Shown here: in pieces, positions 11,774 to 21,399 of the stretch | Layout of the letters: each line of letters begins with the position of its first letter | Numbering within the stretch: position 1 is the stretch's first letter | Notes under the pieces: model-generated | Databases searched by the model: none | The model's input: only the letters and a program-made list of their open reading frames with translations | Told to the model about the DNA's origin: nothing | Made by a program: the position numbers and the translations under genes | From: Cyanobacteria bacterium J06626_4 | GTDB taxonomy: Bacteria; Cyanobacteriota; Cyanobacteriia; Phormidesmidales; Phormidesmidaceae | Direction: 5' to 3' | Assembly: GCA_038523235.1 (NCBI GenBank) | Contig: JBCBJQ010000015.1 | Location: forward strand, 22,856 to 86,855 | Length of the DNA: 64,000 nt

Positions 11774-14700
11774 TCACACACTCCCCACGCTTGGGGCAGA
11801 TGGCAACGTTTCCGGCTCGACCGACACCGGAGCGCTATCCGAGTCATTGCCCCTAGGGGCGCGGCGACGCAGCATTAGATAGGCCGCCGGGGTGAAATAG
11901 AGTGCCAAGAAAGGAGAACCGCCAATGCCGCCTGCGATCGCGATCGCCAACGGCTGCCAAAACGGATCGCCCCCCATAAGCAGGGGCACAAAGCCCACGA
12001 TGGTAGTGACGGTAGTGGTCAACACGTGACGCGTGGCTCTAATCACCACATCTTGAACCGCCTTGCGATTGCCCTGTCGCGCCAACGGATTTTCATTAAT
12101 GGCGGACAGCACGATAATGCTGCCGTTGATGGCAATACCGATGAGGCCCATGGTGCCAACAATGGCCATAAAGCCCAGTACTGAACCAAAGAACCAGAGC
12201 GAAAATAGCGCCATCCCCACGGAGCCAATACCCACCGCCGCGACAATGCCCGCTGAGCGAAAGCTGCGCAGCGACAGCACCAGCGCCGTTCCCATGACGA
12301 GAAACAGCAGCCCCACGTAGGCCAGCAAATCCCCAGTGGCATCACCACTTTCGGCCTGCTCGCCGCCGATTTCCGTGGAATAACCCGGTGGCAGCTCAAA
12401 TCCCTGCTCTGCCATCGCGGCTTGAAAGTCCCCCAGCACTTGAGAAGGCAGCACTCCAGCCGTGATAAAAGCCTGCACCGTATTCACCCGTTGCTCATTG
12501 CGGCGAGTAATCTGCGACAGCTGAGGCACTAGCTCAAATTCCCCGATTGCGGAGAGCGATCGAAACTCATCGGCCTGAGGCTGACCGGCTTGGCCCGGCT
12601 GCAGGTTGAGGGACGCCACCTGCGATAAATCACCGCGATTGTCGTTAGAAATTTGGACCCGCACCGGCAGATTTTCCGTGGATTCTAAAATTGAACCGCC
12701 GATCGCCCCTTCTAGACTGGCCTCTAGCTGTTGCGCCACCTCAGTATTCGAAAGCCCGGCCAGTTGCGCCTGCTCTTCATCCACTTGCAGCGCCAGCTTC
12801 GGCACCGTCGCCGTCAGGTCATCGCGGACGTGGGTGACATCGGGAATGGTGGTTAAAATTTCGCGAATTTCGGCCCCTAACTCGCGCAGCACCTCAATGT
12901 TCGGTCCATAGATCCTCAGCTCCACAGGGGCCTCAAACGGCGGCCCCTGCTCTAACTGACGCACCAGCACTCGCGCCTCGGGCAATGTAGAGTCCATTTC
13001 CGTTTGTAGGGTTTGAATCAGCGTATTGATGTCGTCTCCTGAGGTGAGCTGCACCATCGCCTGGGCGTAGTAGGGCGAATTTTCGCGACTGCTGGGAATG
13101 TTGTAGTAAAACTTAGGAGCGCTTTCCCCCACAAACCAGTGCACCTGCGCCACCTGCTCGTGCGCTAGCAGCCGATCTCGCGCCTGCATTACCGCTGTTT
13201 CTGAATGGGCGATCGCTGTTTGATTCGTAAACTCCACCTCAATCTGAAACTGATCGCGCTTCAGAGAAGGGAAAAACTGGTTTTCTAAACTGCTCACCTG
13301 GATGAAACCCACCACCGGCAGCACCATCGTCAGCACTACGCCAAAAACTGGCTTAGCCGTAATCCGCTGTAGCGTCCAGCGATAGACGCCGCCCAATCGC
13401 CGGGAAGACACGCCGTCATTCCACCAGGCGCCGTCCTTCATCAGCACGCGAAAGCCATACTCAAAAACGTTTTGCGGCCGCCGCTGCCTAACCGTCTGGA
13501 TATCGGCCTCACTGCGACCGAGAAAGCGCCCCGTTAGCGCCGCAATCACGGTCAACGACAGCAGCAGCGAAGAAGCCAACGACAAAATCACCGTCAGCGC
13601 AATGGATCCAACAAATTCCCCCGCGCCCCCCGGCAACAGAGCAATCGGCAGAAACGTCAGCACCGTCGTCAGCGTTGAGGCAAACAGCGGCGCTTGCAAA
13701 TACTTCACCGTATCGACCACCGCCTGCTCGGGCGGCACGCCATGCTTCAGCTCCGCCTGAATTTCATCAACCGCGACGACCGCGTTATCAATCAGTAGAC
13801 CCAGGGCAATAATCAGCCCCGTCACCGACATCTGGTGAATGGGGATGCCGATCAGGGTCATCAGCCCCATCACGGCGCACACCGTCAGCGGCAAGGCCGT
13901 GCCCACCACCAGCGACGAGCGCCAACCCATGCCAAAAAACGTCACGATCACCACCAGCAGCGCCGCAAACAGCAAATTCGAAATCAACTTGCTAAGGCGG
14001 GCGCTGACATATTCACTCTGGTCAAAGATCACGTCCAGCGCAATACCGCCGGGCAGCTGGCGGCGAAAGTCCTCAACCTGCCGCCAGGCACCTTTGGCCC
14101 AGCGGTCCACGCGCTCTCCTGAAGACATCAGAATCCCCAGGGCGATCGCCGGTTTGCCATTCACAATTGCCAGATCGGTCACTGGCTCTCGAATGCCGCG
14201 AGTCACCTCAGCCACGTCTCCCAGTCGGGCAAACTGACCGGCCCCAGAGCGAATGGGAATTTGCCGAATTTGGTCTAAAGAATTCAGCTCGCTGTCCACC
14301 TCGATCGCCAGAGTCTCATTGGCATTCCGCAGTTGCCCAGCAGTGACCTTGGCATCACTACCACTCACCTGCTGCGCCAGCTGTTGCGCATCGAGCCCTA
14401 CCGCCGCGAGGTCTGGCGCCCTGATCGCCACCTTGATTTCTTCGTCAGGGAGGCCAAACTCATCCACCGCTTCCGTCCCAGGAACGCTGCGCATCTGAAT
14501 CTGCAGCTCTTCGCCAAAGCGCCGCAGGATCGCGTAGTTGGGCTCGCTGGCTTGCTCCCACACGAGGGCGGCAATCATGGAATAGGCCCGCGTCTCGGTT
14601 TCTTCCAGCTCGGATGCCAAGGCCCCTGGCGGAAACAGCAGATTGGCGTCTTCCATCTGGTTGCGCACCCGAGACCACACCGGTTCCGCATCCACAACCG

Positions 14701-14986
14701 CATCCTGCAGCTCCACCGCCACGCTAGAAAAACCGACACGAGAGGTTGAGGTCAGCGTTTTAACTTCCTCAATCTCAGAAATCTCTGATTCCAACACTTC
14801 GGTCACCAACGCCTCGACTCGCTCGGCGCTAGCCCCCGGAAAGCGGGTAGTCACCACCGCCACTCGCGCTACTTGGGTCGGATCTTCCTGACGAGGCAGA
14901 GCCTGAAAGGCCGAGACACCCCAAAGCAATAAAATAATGATGCTGAGAATCAAGAGTCGGACGTTGCGAAAAAAGGGACGTGCCAT
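11774..14986 (-). CDS. RND efflux transporter permease subunit (AcrB/AcrD/AcrF family)
   Basis: 1070 aa, FPGASAERVEALVT, ALGLLIDNAVVAVD, two transmembrane clusters, R-x-V-L-T-T-x-T-T motif. Confidence 0.95.
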   Translation of the reverse strand: MARPFFRNVRLLILSIIILLLWGVSAFQALPRQEDPTQVARVAVVTTRFPGASAERVEALVTEVLESEISEIEEVKTLTSTSRVGFSSVAVELQDAVVDAEPVWSRVRNQMEDANLLFPPGALASELEETETRAYSMIAALVWEQASEPNYAILRRFGEELQIQMRSVPGTEAVDEFGLPDEEIKVAIRAPDLAAVGLDAQQLAQQVSGSDAKVTAGQLRNANETLAIEVDSELNSLDQIRQIPIRSGAGQFARLGDVAEVTRGIREPVTDLAIVNGKPAIALGILMSSGERVDRWAKGAWRQVEDFRRQLPGGIALDVIFDQSEYVSARLSKLISNLLFAALLVVIVTFFGMGWRSSLVVGTALPLTVCAVMGLMTLIGIPIHQMSVTGLIIALGLLIDNAVVAVDEIQAELKHGVPPEQAVVDTVKYLQAPLFASTLTTVLTFLPIALLPGGAGEFVGSIALTVILSLASSLLLSLTVIAALTGRFLGRSEADIQTVRQRRPQNVFEYGFRVLMKDGAWWNDGVSSRRLGGVYRWTLQRITAKPVFGVVLTMVLPVVGFIQVSSLENQFFPSLKRDQFQIEVEFTNQTAIAHSETAVMQARDRLLAHEQVAQVHWFVGESAPKFYYNIPSSRENSPYYAQAMVQLTSGDDINTLIQTLQTEMDSTLPEARVLVRQLEQGPPFEAPVELRIYGPNIEVLRELGAEIREILTTIPDVTHVRDDLTATVPKLALQVDEEQAQLAGLSNTEVAQQLEASLEGAIGGSILESTENLPVRVQISNDNRGDLSQVASLNLQPGQAGQPQADEFRSLSAIGEFELVPQLSQITRRNEQRVNTVQAFITAGVLPSQVLGDFQAAMAEQGFELPPGYSTEIGGEQAESGDATGDLLAYVGLLFLVMGTALVLSLRSFRSAGIVAAVGIGSVGMALFSLWFFGSVLGFMAIVGTMGLIGIAINGSIIVLSAINENPLARQGNRKAVQDVVIRATRHVLTTTVTTIVGFVPLLMGGDPFWQPLAIAIAGGIGGSPFLALYFTPAAYLMLRRRAPRGNDSDSAPVSVEPETLPSAPSVGSV

Positions 14987-15142
14987 CGCGGAAAGCCTGC
15001 GCTATGCGGGTTTACTTCAAGACAAGGGACAGCGAACGGGTGAGGCCCGCTCAATCACTGGAAATGCTCAGAGAATCGGTGACAATGTTCTCCGATTGGG
15101 AAAATCTTGGGGGCGATCGCTGCAGCCCGGTTTAGGCAGCCA

Positions 15143-16621
15143 TCACTCAGCCGCGATCACGCTCACTCGCTGCCCCGGCACTAATCGATGCACGCCGCTG
15201 GTGACGACCTGATCGCCGGGTTCTAGGGTGCCGCGCACAAACACCCGCGTACTTGACTCGCCGTCTGCGGTGGTACTTTCTTCGTGAATAATCTCGACCG
15301 AGCGGGGCTCCAGCACCCAAGCATCCTGGTCCGCTGCCGCATCAGCATCGGCTTCCTCAGCGGCGGCTGTAAACGAATCATCGTCTGCTGTCGTCCCCGC
15401 GCTGCCCGGCGGCACCAGCACGTAGGCTGTCCACAGCCCCCGCAGCCCTTGCGTCAACGCGGCAGTTGGCAACCAGTAGCCTGCTGATTGAATCGTCTCG
15501 TCAATCGTGAGTCGGGCCGTTTGTCCCGGCTCAATTGCGCTAATGGCCGTCGGCTCCAATCGCAAAACTACAGTTTGGGTCCGGGTCGTCGCATCCACCT
15601 CGGGCAACACCGCCACCACCTCAGCCGGATAGGCCCGGTTGTTCACGCTGACGCTTTGCCCGGTGCCCACCCGCAAATCATTGACCACCGCTGCAGGCAC
15701 CCCCACGCGCACCTCGGGCGACGCGGCTTCCACTAGCTCAATCACGGCCTGTCCCGAGCCGATAACGGTGCCTTCATCCACACGCCGCACCGCCACAATG
15801 CCGTCAAAAGGAGCCGTAATCGTGCTTTTCGCCAGATTCACATCGATATCTTGAATCTGAGCATCCAGCTGCGCCACGACCGCTTGTTGAGCATCTAGCT
15901 GCTCAAATCGAGTGCCGTTTTGCAGCTCTTGCAAACGACTGCGGGCTTGATCGAGTCGCGCCTGTAGGGAATCTGCGCCAAAGGCAAATTCGTCGAGCTG
16001 CTCCCGCGCGATCGCCCCGCGCTCATAGAGATATTCCCGCCGCTCCTCTTGAATCTCTTGCAAGCCCAGCTGCTGCTCCAAGTCGCGAACTTCGGCGGCC
16101 GCCACAGCAAGATCTTCTGCCCGAGCACCGTTCTGCAGTTCAGCCAGTTGCGCGACGGCCTGCGCTTTTTGCGCTTGCACCTGCAGCCGTTGGGTCGCCA
16201 AATTGCGACTGTCTAACCGGGCGATGGGCGTCCCCGCGCTGACGCGATCGCCCTCCTCAGCTAACACCTGCACCAGCTCGCCGCCCCGCTCAAAGCCCAA
16301 TTCACTACGGCGCAGGGCGGCAATTTCCCCCGTGTAGACGCGCGGCACCTGGTAAGCAGAGACGGGCTCTAGCGTTAACGTTTCGACCGGCAAGACCCGA
16401 CTTTCCTCAGTTAAGGTTGCGGGAGATGACCGGGTGAGAACGGTAAAGCTAGTCGCCGCCCCGACGAATACCAAAAGTCCAGTGGCTCCTAGCAAGCCGT
16501 ATCGCACCCAGGCAGGCTGTCGCTCTAAAGGCCGCGGCCAGCCACTCGATGATTGACTAGACTGCGACTCGGTCAAATCAGCCGACAAAGCAGCTGAAGA
16601 AGAAATCGGTTCAGAATTCAT
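15143..16621 (-). CDS. RND efflux periplasmic adaptor (membrane fusion protein)
   Basis: Single N-terminal TM, lipoyl halves (VLAEEGDRVSAGTPIARLD; ITAPFDGIV), coiled coil, GVHRLVPGQRV. ATG at 16621 chosen because the longer ORF overlaps tetR. Confidence 0.92.
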   Translation of the reverse strand: MNSEPISSSAALSADLTESQSSQSSSGWPRPLERQPAWVRYGLLGATGLLVFVGAATSFTVLTRSSPATLTEESRVLPVETLTLEPVSAYQVPRVYTGEIAALRRSELGFERGGELVQVLAEEGDRVSAGTPIARLDSRNLATQRLQVQAQKAQAVAQLAELQNGARAEDLAVAAAEVRDLEQQLGLQEIQEERREYLYERGAIAREQLDEFAFGADSLQARLDQARSRLQELQNGTRFEQLDAQQAVVAQLDAQIQDIDVNLAKSTITAPFDGIVAVRRVDEGTVIGSGQAVIELVEAASPEVRVGVPAAVVNDLRVGTGQSVSVNNRAYPAEVVAVLPEVDATTRTQTVVLRLEPTAISAIEPGQTARLTIDETIQSAGYWLPTAALTQGLRGLWTAYVLVPPGSAGTTADDDSFTAAAEEADADAAADQDAWVLEPRSVEIIHEESTTADGESSTRVFVRGTLEPGDQVVTSGVHRLVPGQRVSVIAAE

Positions 16622-16661
16622 GGCGATCGCAGAGATGACAAGGACGACAAGCGCGAAAAAA

Positions 16662-16703
16662 TCAATCAAACGAATGATTAAATTAATTAAAACGTATGAT
16701 TGA
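16662..16703. promoter_or_regulatory. Tandem TetR-family operator-like sites between the divergent tetR and MFP genes
   Basis: TCAATCA-AACGAA-TGATTAA inverted repeat plus a second copy TAATTAAAACGTATGATTGA 22 bp downstream. Confidence 0.6.
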
Positions 16704-16795
16704 ATGTAACGCAAGGTTAACTCATAGTCCACTGAGTCTCGTATAGTAAGTAACCAATCATGGTCCGCCCCATTCAGATTAGAGATCCTTTGCCG

Positions 16796-17419
16796 ATGGT
16801 TTCTGACTCTTTCGGTGACACCCAAACTCAAATCCTTGACGCGGCTGAGCAACTGTTTGCTGAGCAAGGGTTTGGGGCAACCTCACTGCGCAGCATTATC
16901 CGCGCCGCCGACGTCAATTTGGCGGCGATTCACTATCACTTTGGCTCCAAAGAAAAACTGATCGTAGCCACCATCGAACGTATGGCTCAGCCAATTGTGC
17001 AAGCCGAACTACAGCAATTAGCAACCGTGCAGGCCAAGCATCCTCAACCGACTGTTGAAGCCATTTTGCACGCCATGTTGGCCCCAGCACTCGAAATCGT
17101 CTATTACGGCCAGGGCGATCGCGGGCTGACTCAAGCCCGACTCATGGGCCGCTGCCGCACCGAGCCGACGATTGAGCCGATCGGCGCTCGGGCCTTTGCC
17201 AAAAGTTCTCAGACCTTCCTAACCGCTCTGCAGCAAGCATTGCCTGATCAATCGACATCAGAGCTCACCTGGAAATTTGATCTGGTGATTGCCATGTTGA
17301 TTCGAGTCCTGTGTGCTGCCGACCAGCCCAATGCCATCCTGCAGGACAACTCACCGGAAGAAACTGCCGCCGCGATCGAGCGCTTGGTCCATTTTGCGGC
17401 CGCTGGCATGAAGTCTTAA
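16796..17419 (+). CDS. TetR/AcrR family transcriptional regulator (PsrA-like HTH)
   Basis: TQILDAAEQLFAEQGFGATSLRSIIRAADVNLAAIHYHFGSKEKL. Divergent from the RND operon. Confidence 0.93.
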   Translation: MVSDSFGDTQTQILDAAEQLFAEQGFGATSLRSIIRAADVNLAAIHYHFGSKEKLIVATIERMAQPIVQAELQQLATVQAKHPQPTVEAILHAMLAPALEIVYYGQGDRGLTQARLMGRCRTEPTIEPIGARAFAKSSQTFLTALQQALPDQSTSELTWKFDLVIAMLIRVLCAADQPNAILQDNSPEETAAAIERLVHFAAAGMKS

Positions 17420-17444
17420 TCGCTCAGCGGTAACCGACTCTCAA

Positions 17445-18740
17445 CTAACAAATAAAATGCGGCGGCGATTGGGCAGTGCCTGACCATTCGAGCACCACTA
17501 CCTCTTCCCGCAATTGCGCCCCCGTCGCCGTTGATAACCGTGTGCGAAAGAGGTCACGGTCTTTGACCCGATAGCCCACCTCGGCCGCGATCTCTTCTAA
17601 CAGCTCGCCCGTACGAATCATGATTTGAAAGAATGAAGCCTGATCGCCTACCACGTAAGCGAGCTGAGCACCTGGTTTTAAAGCTGGCTGCAGCTCCTGC
17701 AGATGGCGCTTCATGCCGCCAAAGTAAAGCGTGGTCACCCGATGATAAAGTCGCTCAAAGCCAGAGGTTTTATTGAGAGCCAAGCGCCGATCTTCAATTT
17801 CTTGAGCCAGTGCCGTGATTTGGCTTTGTGAGGTCAGCACGCGATCATCGTCGTCAACTTTGTAGACGTTGCGCGTATTTGAGCGAATCAGAGACTGCTT
17901 GAACCGGCGCAAGTCCTCTTTATCTTTCAAAAAGCCCAGCAGCACTGATTCCAGCCGCGTGGTGCGGGTGTAGTCCTTCTCGTTGGGATAGGGCGGCGAG
18001 GTAATAATCGCGTCGATGGAATTGGGCACGAGCAGCAATCGCAGCGATCGCGCATCTCCGTGATGACAGCGAGCGGGCACACTGGCCAGGTCTTGATAAG
18101 CCGCCAAATCCGCCGCCATTTGCTCCACCTTGGCTTGCCACTGCTCGATTACGGGCGCGTCGTCACGCTTGCGCCGCCGAATGCCCACCTCTGGCCCAAA
18201 TTTCAGATTGCTCGCCCCATGCACCGCCACATAGGCCAGGGCCAGCTGCAGCACCGATCGCACCGATCTCATCGTTACCGCCGCTATCGCTTCGTGCAGC
18301 CCCAAACATTTATGCAGCGGCACCGCACTGATGGAATTTTTCAGCACAATCGCCGTTTGCTCCGGCGTGAAAGTCAAAACTGCCGCCGTCTCGCGTTGAC
18401 TCACCTGAGCCAACACCTGATCTTTGGCTCGATGCAGTTCATCAAGATCAACCTGCCACTGCACTTTAGTGCTACAGGCAAAATGCGACATCGGAATGGC
18501 TTCAACCCCGACCGAAGCCAGTCCATTTTTCTTTGCTTCGACAATGGTGGTGCCCGTGCCGCAGAACGGATCCAGCAGCGTCGCCCCGGCCCCGAGACCA
18601 AACTGATCAAGGTAGTGACGCACCAAATGGGGCGGATACGAAAGCACAAACCGATACCAGTCATGAAAGGCGCGATCGCCCGGCTGTAGCTTGTTATGAC
18701 TCAAATCAGCAGGATGGGACGGCGTCACAGAAGAAGTCAT
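17445..18740 (-). CDS. Orphan amino-DNA methyltransferase (SPPY type, likely N4-cytosine)
   Basis: SAM-binding LLDPFCGTGTT precedes catalytic DAIITSPPY. LKPGA..AYVVGD near the C-terminus. Confidence 0.88.
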   Translation of the reverse strand: MTSSVTPSHPADLSHNKLQPGDRAFHDWYRFVLSYPPHLVRHYLDQFGLGAGATLLDPFCGTGTTIVEAKKNGLASVGVEAIPMSHFACSTKVQWQVDLDELHRAKDQVLAQVSQRETAAVLTFTPEQTAIVLKNSISAVPLHKCLGLHEAIAAVTMRSVRSVLQLALAYVAVHGASNLKFGPEVGIRRRKRDDAPVIEQWQAKVEQMAADLAAYQDLASVPARCHHGDARSLRLLLVPNSIDAIITSPPYPNEKDYTRTTRLESVLLGFLKDKEDLRRFKQSLIRSNTRNVYKVDDDDRVLTSQSQITALAQEIEDRRLALNKTSGFERLYHRVTTLYFGGMKRHLQELQPALKPGAQLAYVVGDQASFFQIMIRTGELLEEIAAEVGYRVKDRDLFRTRLSTATGAQLREEVVVLEWSGTAQSPPHFIC

Positions 18741-19134
18741 GCAGGGGCGTGGGCGATCATCAAGACAGAGAATCAGACACTAGTTCGAATGATCTAGGAT
18801 CAAAGTCCTCCTACTATATCGGCTCGCTTGTCATCTAGCACGCCCGTTTACTCATAACGATTCAAGCCTCTCCGCTGCGCCAGCAGCACCTGATAAGGAA
18901 AGCATTCATCCCACGAAAATTCCTTTAAAACCCAGACGTCAACAACTATGCCAACGTCACTCATTTACCCGTGAACAGCTTGGCGCGCCCCTTCAAAAGG
19001 GTTGACCGGCAATCTTCTCGTCACTTCAACCCAATTTCCACAAAGCATCCTCACCCACTGGCTCTTCGAGCTCTGTAGGGCTCTACCCTGGCCACAAGGT
19101 ACTCGGAATCCACTATCCTCCACTCCTCAACCCG

Positions 19135-19500
19135 CTACTCACCCACTCCCTCTTCTCCCTGCAAAAATGCCTGATACTGAGCTGCCAAATTGGCATAGGT
19201 GGCTTGGGTTTGATGAATACGAGGATTCAGCAACGCGGTCACCGGCTCACCCTCAGCGATGAGATGCTGCTCAACAATCGTCGGCACATCCGTCGGTTTA
19301 ACCTGGCAATACCAGACATTGGTTGGCATCACCCGTACTGTTGGCCCCGAACCGCACTGACCTTGACATTCACTAGCGCTGACCATCATCGTGGCGGACT
19401 GATGCTGTTGAAACGCGGCCAAAACGGCTGCCGAACCGTTACGCACACAGGAGCGGTGCTGACAGACAGTCACCAAATATCGTTGGGGATGATCAGACAT
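19135..19500 (-). CDS. Thioredoxin-like (2Fe-2S) ferredoxin
   Basis: VCQHRSC...CQGQCGSGPTVRV.P.NVWY...IVEQHL..GEPV. Confidence 0.88.
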   Translation of the reverse strand: MSDHPQRYLVTVCQHRSCVRNGSAAVLAAFQQHQSATMMVSASECQGQCGSGPTVRVMPTNVWYCQVKPTDVPTIVEQHLIAEGEPVTALLNPRIHQTQATYANLAAQYQAFLQGEEGVGE

Positions 19501-19958
19501 TCAAGTCTCTTGACAACAACGCTTCTCGAACGACTGGAAACCAAGCGCCACATTCATCACAACGCTCTATGCAGTTCCAGCTTCCTGTTTAAGCTAGCAA
19601 TTTTTGCTGACAAAGACGAGAGTGGCCTCGCTCACGCTCAGGCTGAGACAGAGTACACCGACTGAACCTAACCGTCCTCACCCTGACACTCAACGTCAGC
19701 AATATCAGAATTTCCTTCTACAGAAGCGGTGACCTCACCCCTCTAGCAGCAAGCATTTCACCCATGATTCAGCAATTCTTTAGCGCTGAAAAAAGGACAG
19801 GAAAGCTAATTCACTCACAACCCGTTGTTCTCCTACTTTTAAAGTTCGACGACTCTTGAACATCCCCGGGGTAATCATCGCGATCACCCGCCGGACAATC
19901 AACATCATTGACGAAAGGTGAGTCATTGACTATGGTATTGGAGCATTAGTCTTTAATC

Positions 19959-19987
19959 AGCCGCAGTGATTGAAACAGCGGTTTTTT
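19959..19987 (+). terminator. Possible intrinsic terminator with no CDS directly upstream
   Basis: AGCCGC..GCGGTT stem followed by a T run. Confidence 0.4.
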
Positions 19988-20199
19988 GGATGCATGAAGT
20001 GCGATCGCTGCGAAAATCACACTTTTTATTGAATTTTTCTACAAAACTTTTCTTCTTTCAGGTGTCTTCAGAACGATAATTCCTGAGTCTGAACAGAGTT
20101 TTCCTGAAGTTTTCCCCATCGACTCATCAAAAATTTTAAGAGAGGATGTAGCCACAGTCAGAGATTTCTGATTCGTTGTCGTCATCTCTTGTAACTACC

Positions 20200-20415
20200 A
20201 TGTCTACCCCCCTCATCAATCTATCCTCAACGCTCGAATGCCCCAAATGTGGCAAAAACGCCATCGTTAGCCACCAGACAGGCACTTACCAGTGCCTCAA
20301 CTGCAACTTCGAACGTGACCTCAGCCAAGAAGGGCCAGAACTGAGTCAAACCAGCTTTGGCGAAATCGTGTTTGCCATCGGCGGTTTCTTGCTGACTGTG
20401 GCGCTGTTTGTGTGA
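20200..20415 (+). CDS. Small zinc-ribbon protein with C-terminal membrane anchor
   Basis: CPKC-x13-CLNC followed by hydrophobic IVFAIGGFLLTVALFV. Confidence 0.75.
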   Translation: MSTPLINLSSTLECPKCGKNAIVSHQTGTYQCLNCNFERDLSQEGPELSQTSFGEIVFAIGGFLLTVALFV

Positions 20416-21154
20416 TGTTCCGTCATGTTCGTAACAAATTGAGTCATTAACACGGTTCATTCAGCACATTGGCTATCAGTGATACTGGCGATCGCTACCC
20501 GACCAGATAACGGGCACATTTCGACCTAGTGTTACCTGATACTCAAGACTCGAACGAATTTGTTGGTAGCGAATTCAATTTTCATCTCGATCATCACGTT
20601 GAGGAGGCTGATGGTTTTCTTGCTCTACAGTCATTACTCCGGTAATTCCTCCAAAATAGCTGGGCTTAGCGTCAACAATGGCCGCCGCTGTTGCGATTGA
20701 TCAGGTCATTAAGTCAGCCGGTTTAGTCACGGCAAAACCGGCTGTTAACACCATCCTCAGCAGTCAACGCTAGAACTATTTTGGCAACTCGGCTGTCACA
20801 AATAAACCGGGTAATGACACTAACTATTAGCAGGAGCGGGAAACGCCTTGAGTGTCACTCGCCTGCCTGCTTAATGGCGGCTGTCCCCATTGACCGTTTA
20901 GGAGAAAAATCATGATCATTTTGTCAGTCTGAAACAACTTTGTGACCCCAGCAGCGATCAGGGCAACCATTGCACACCACTCGGTCTGGCACAGAGGCCA
21001 AGTCTTGAGAGCGCAACGGGGCAGTACTCCTGGGAGTACTGCCCGCTTTGTTCATCGCGATTGGGGTGGCCCAGCCTGCTGGTGGCCCGCCTCCTGAGCT
21101 CACCCGCTCTTCGACCTTCACACCGAATCAATTGACGTGTAGGAGATCTCAACG

Positions 21155-21385
21155 ATGCGAAAACCCCATCGACATAACCTGCTATTTCGCGCCGCTTGTG
21201 AAGGCTTCAAACTGCTAGCCATCATGGTGGCCGGATTCATCTCTGCTTGCCTATTTCTTGCTCCCTTTGGTGCTGCCGAGCAGGCAGAAACGCTGATTCG
21301 AGTCGCCATCCCGTTTTTCTCACGGCTGGCCGTCTCGCTCACCAGCCTGATTGCGATCGCCGGGCTCTTTGAGTCACTAAAATAG
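21155..21385 (+). CDS. Small hypothetical membrane protein (2 TM)
   Basis: AGGAG SD upstream and two hydrophobic segments. Confidence 0.65.
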   Translation: MRKPHRHNLLFRAACEGFKLLAIMVAGFISACLFLAPFGAAEQAETLIRVAIPFFSRLAVSLTSLIAIAGLFESLK

Positions 21386-21399
21386 CTGCGCAGCGCGAT

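Noticed and set aside
16622..16867. N-terminal extension of the MFP ORF in the track
   Set aside because: It overlaps the divergent tetR start and the operator region. The ATG at 16621 gives a normal MFP.
18781..18796. LexA-box-like TAGTTCGAATGATCTA upstream of the methyltransferase
   Set aside because: Two mismatches to the cyanobacterial RGTAC-N3-DGTWCB consensus; too weak on its own.
20783..20822. Fluoride riboswitch resemblance (ATAAAC..TAATGACAC)
   Set aside because: It lacks the conserved 5' GGYRATG segment and no fluoride-export gene follows.
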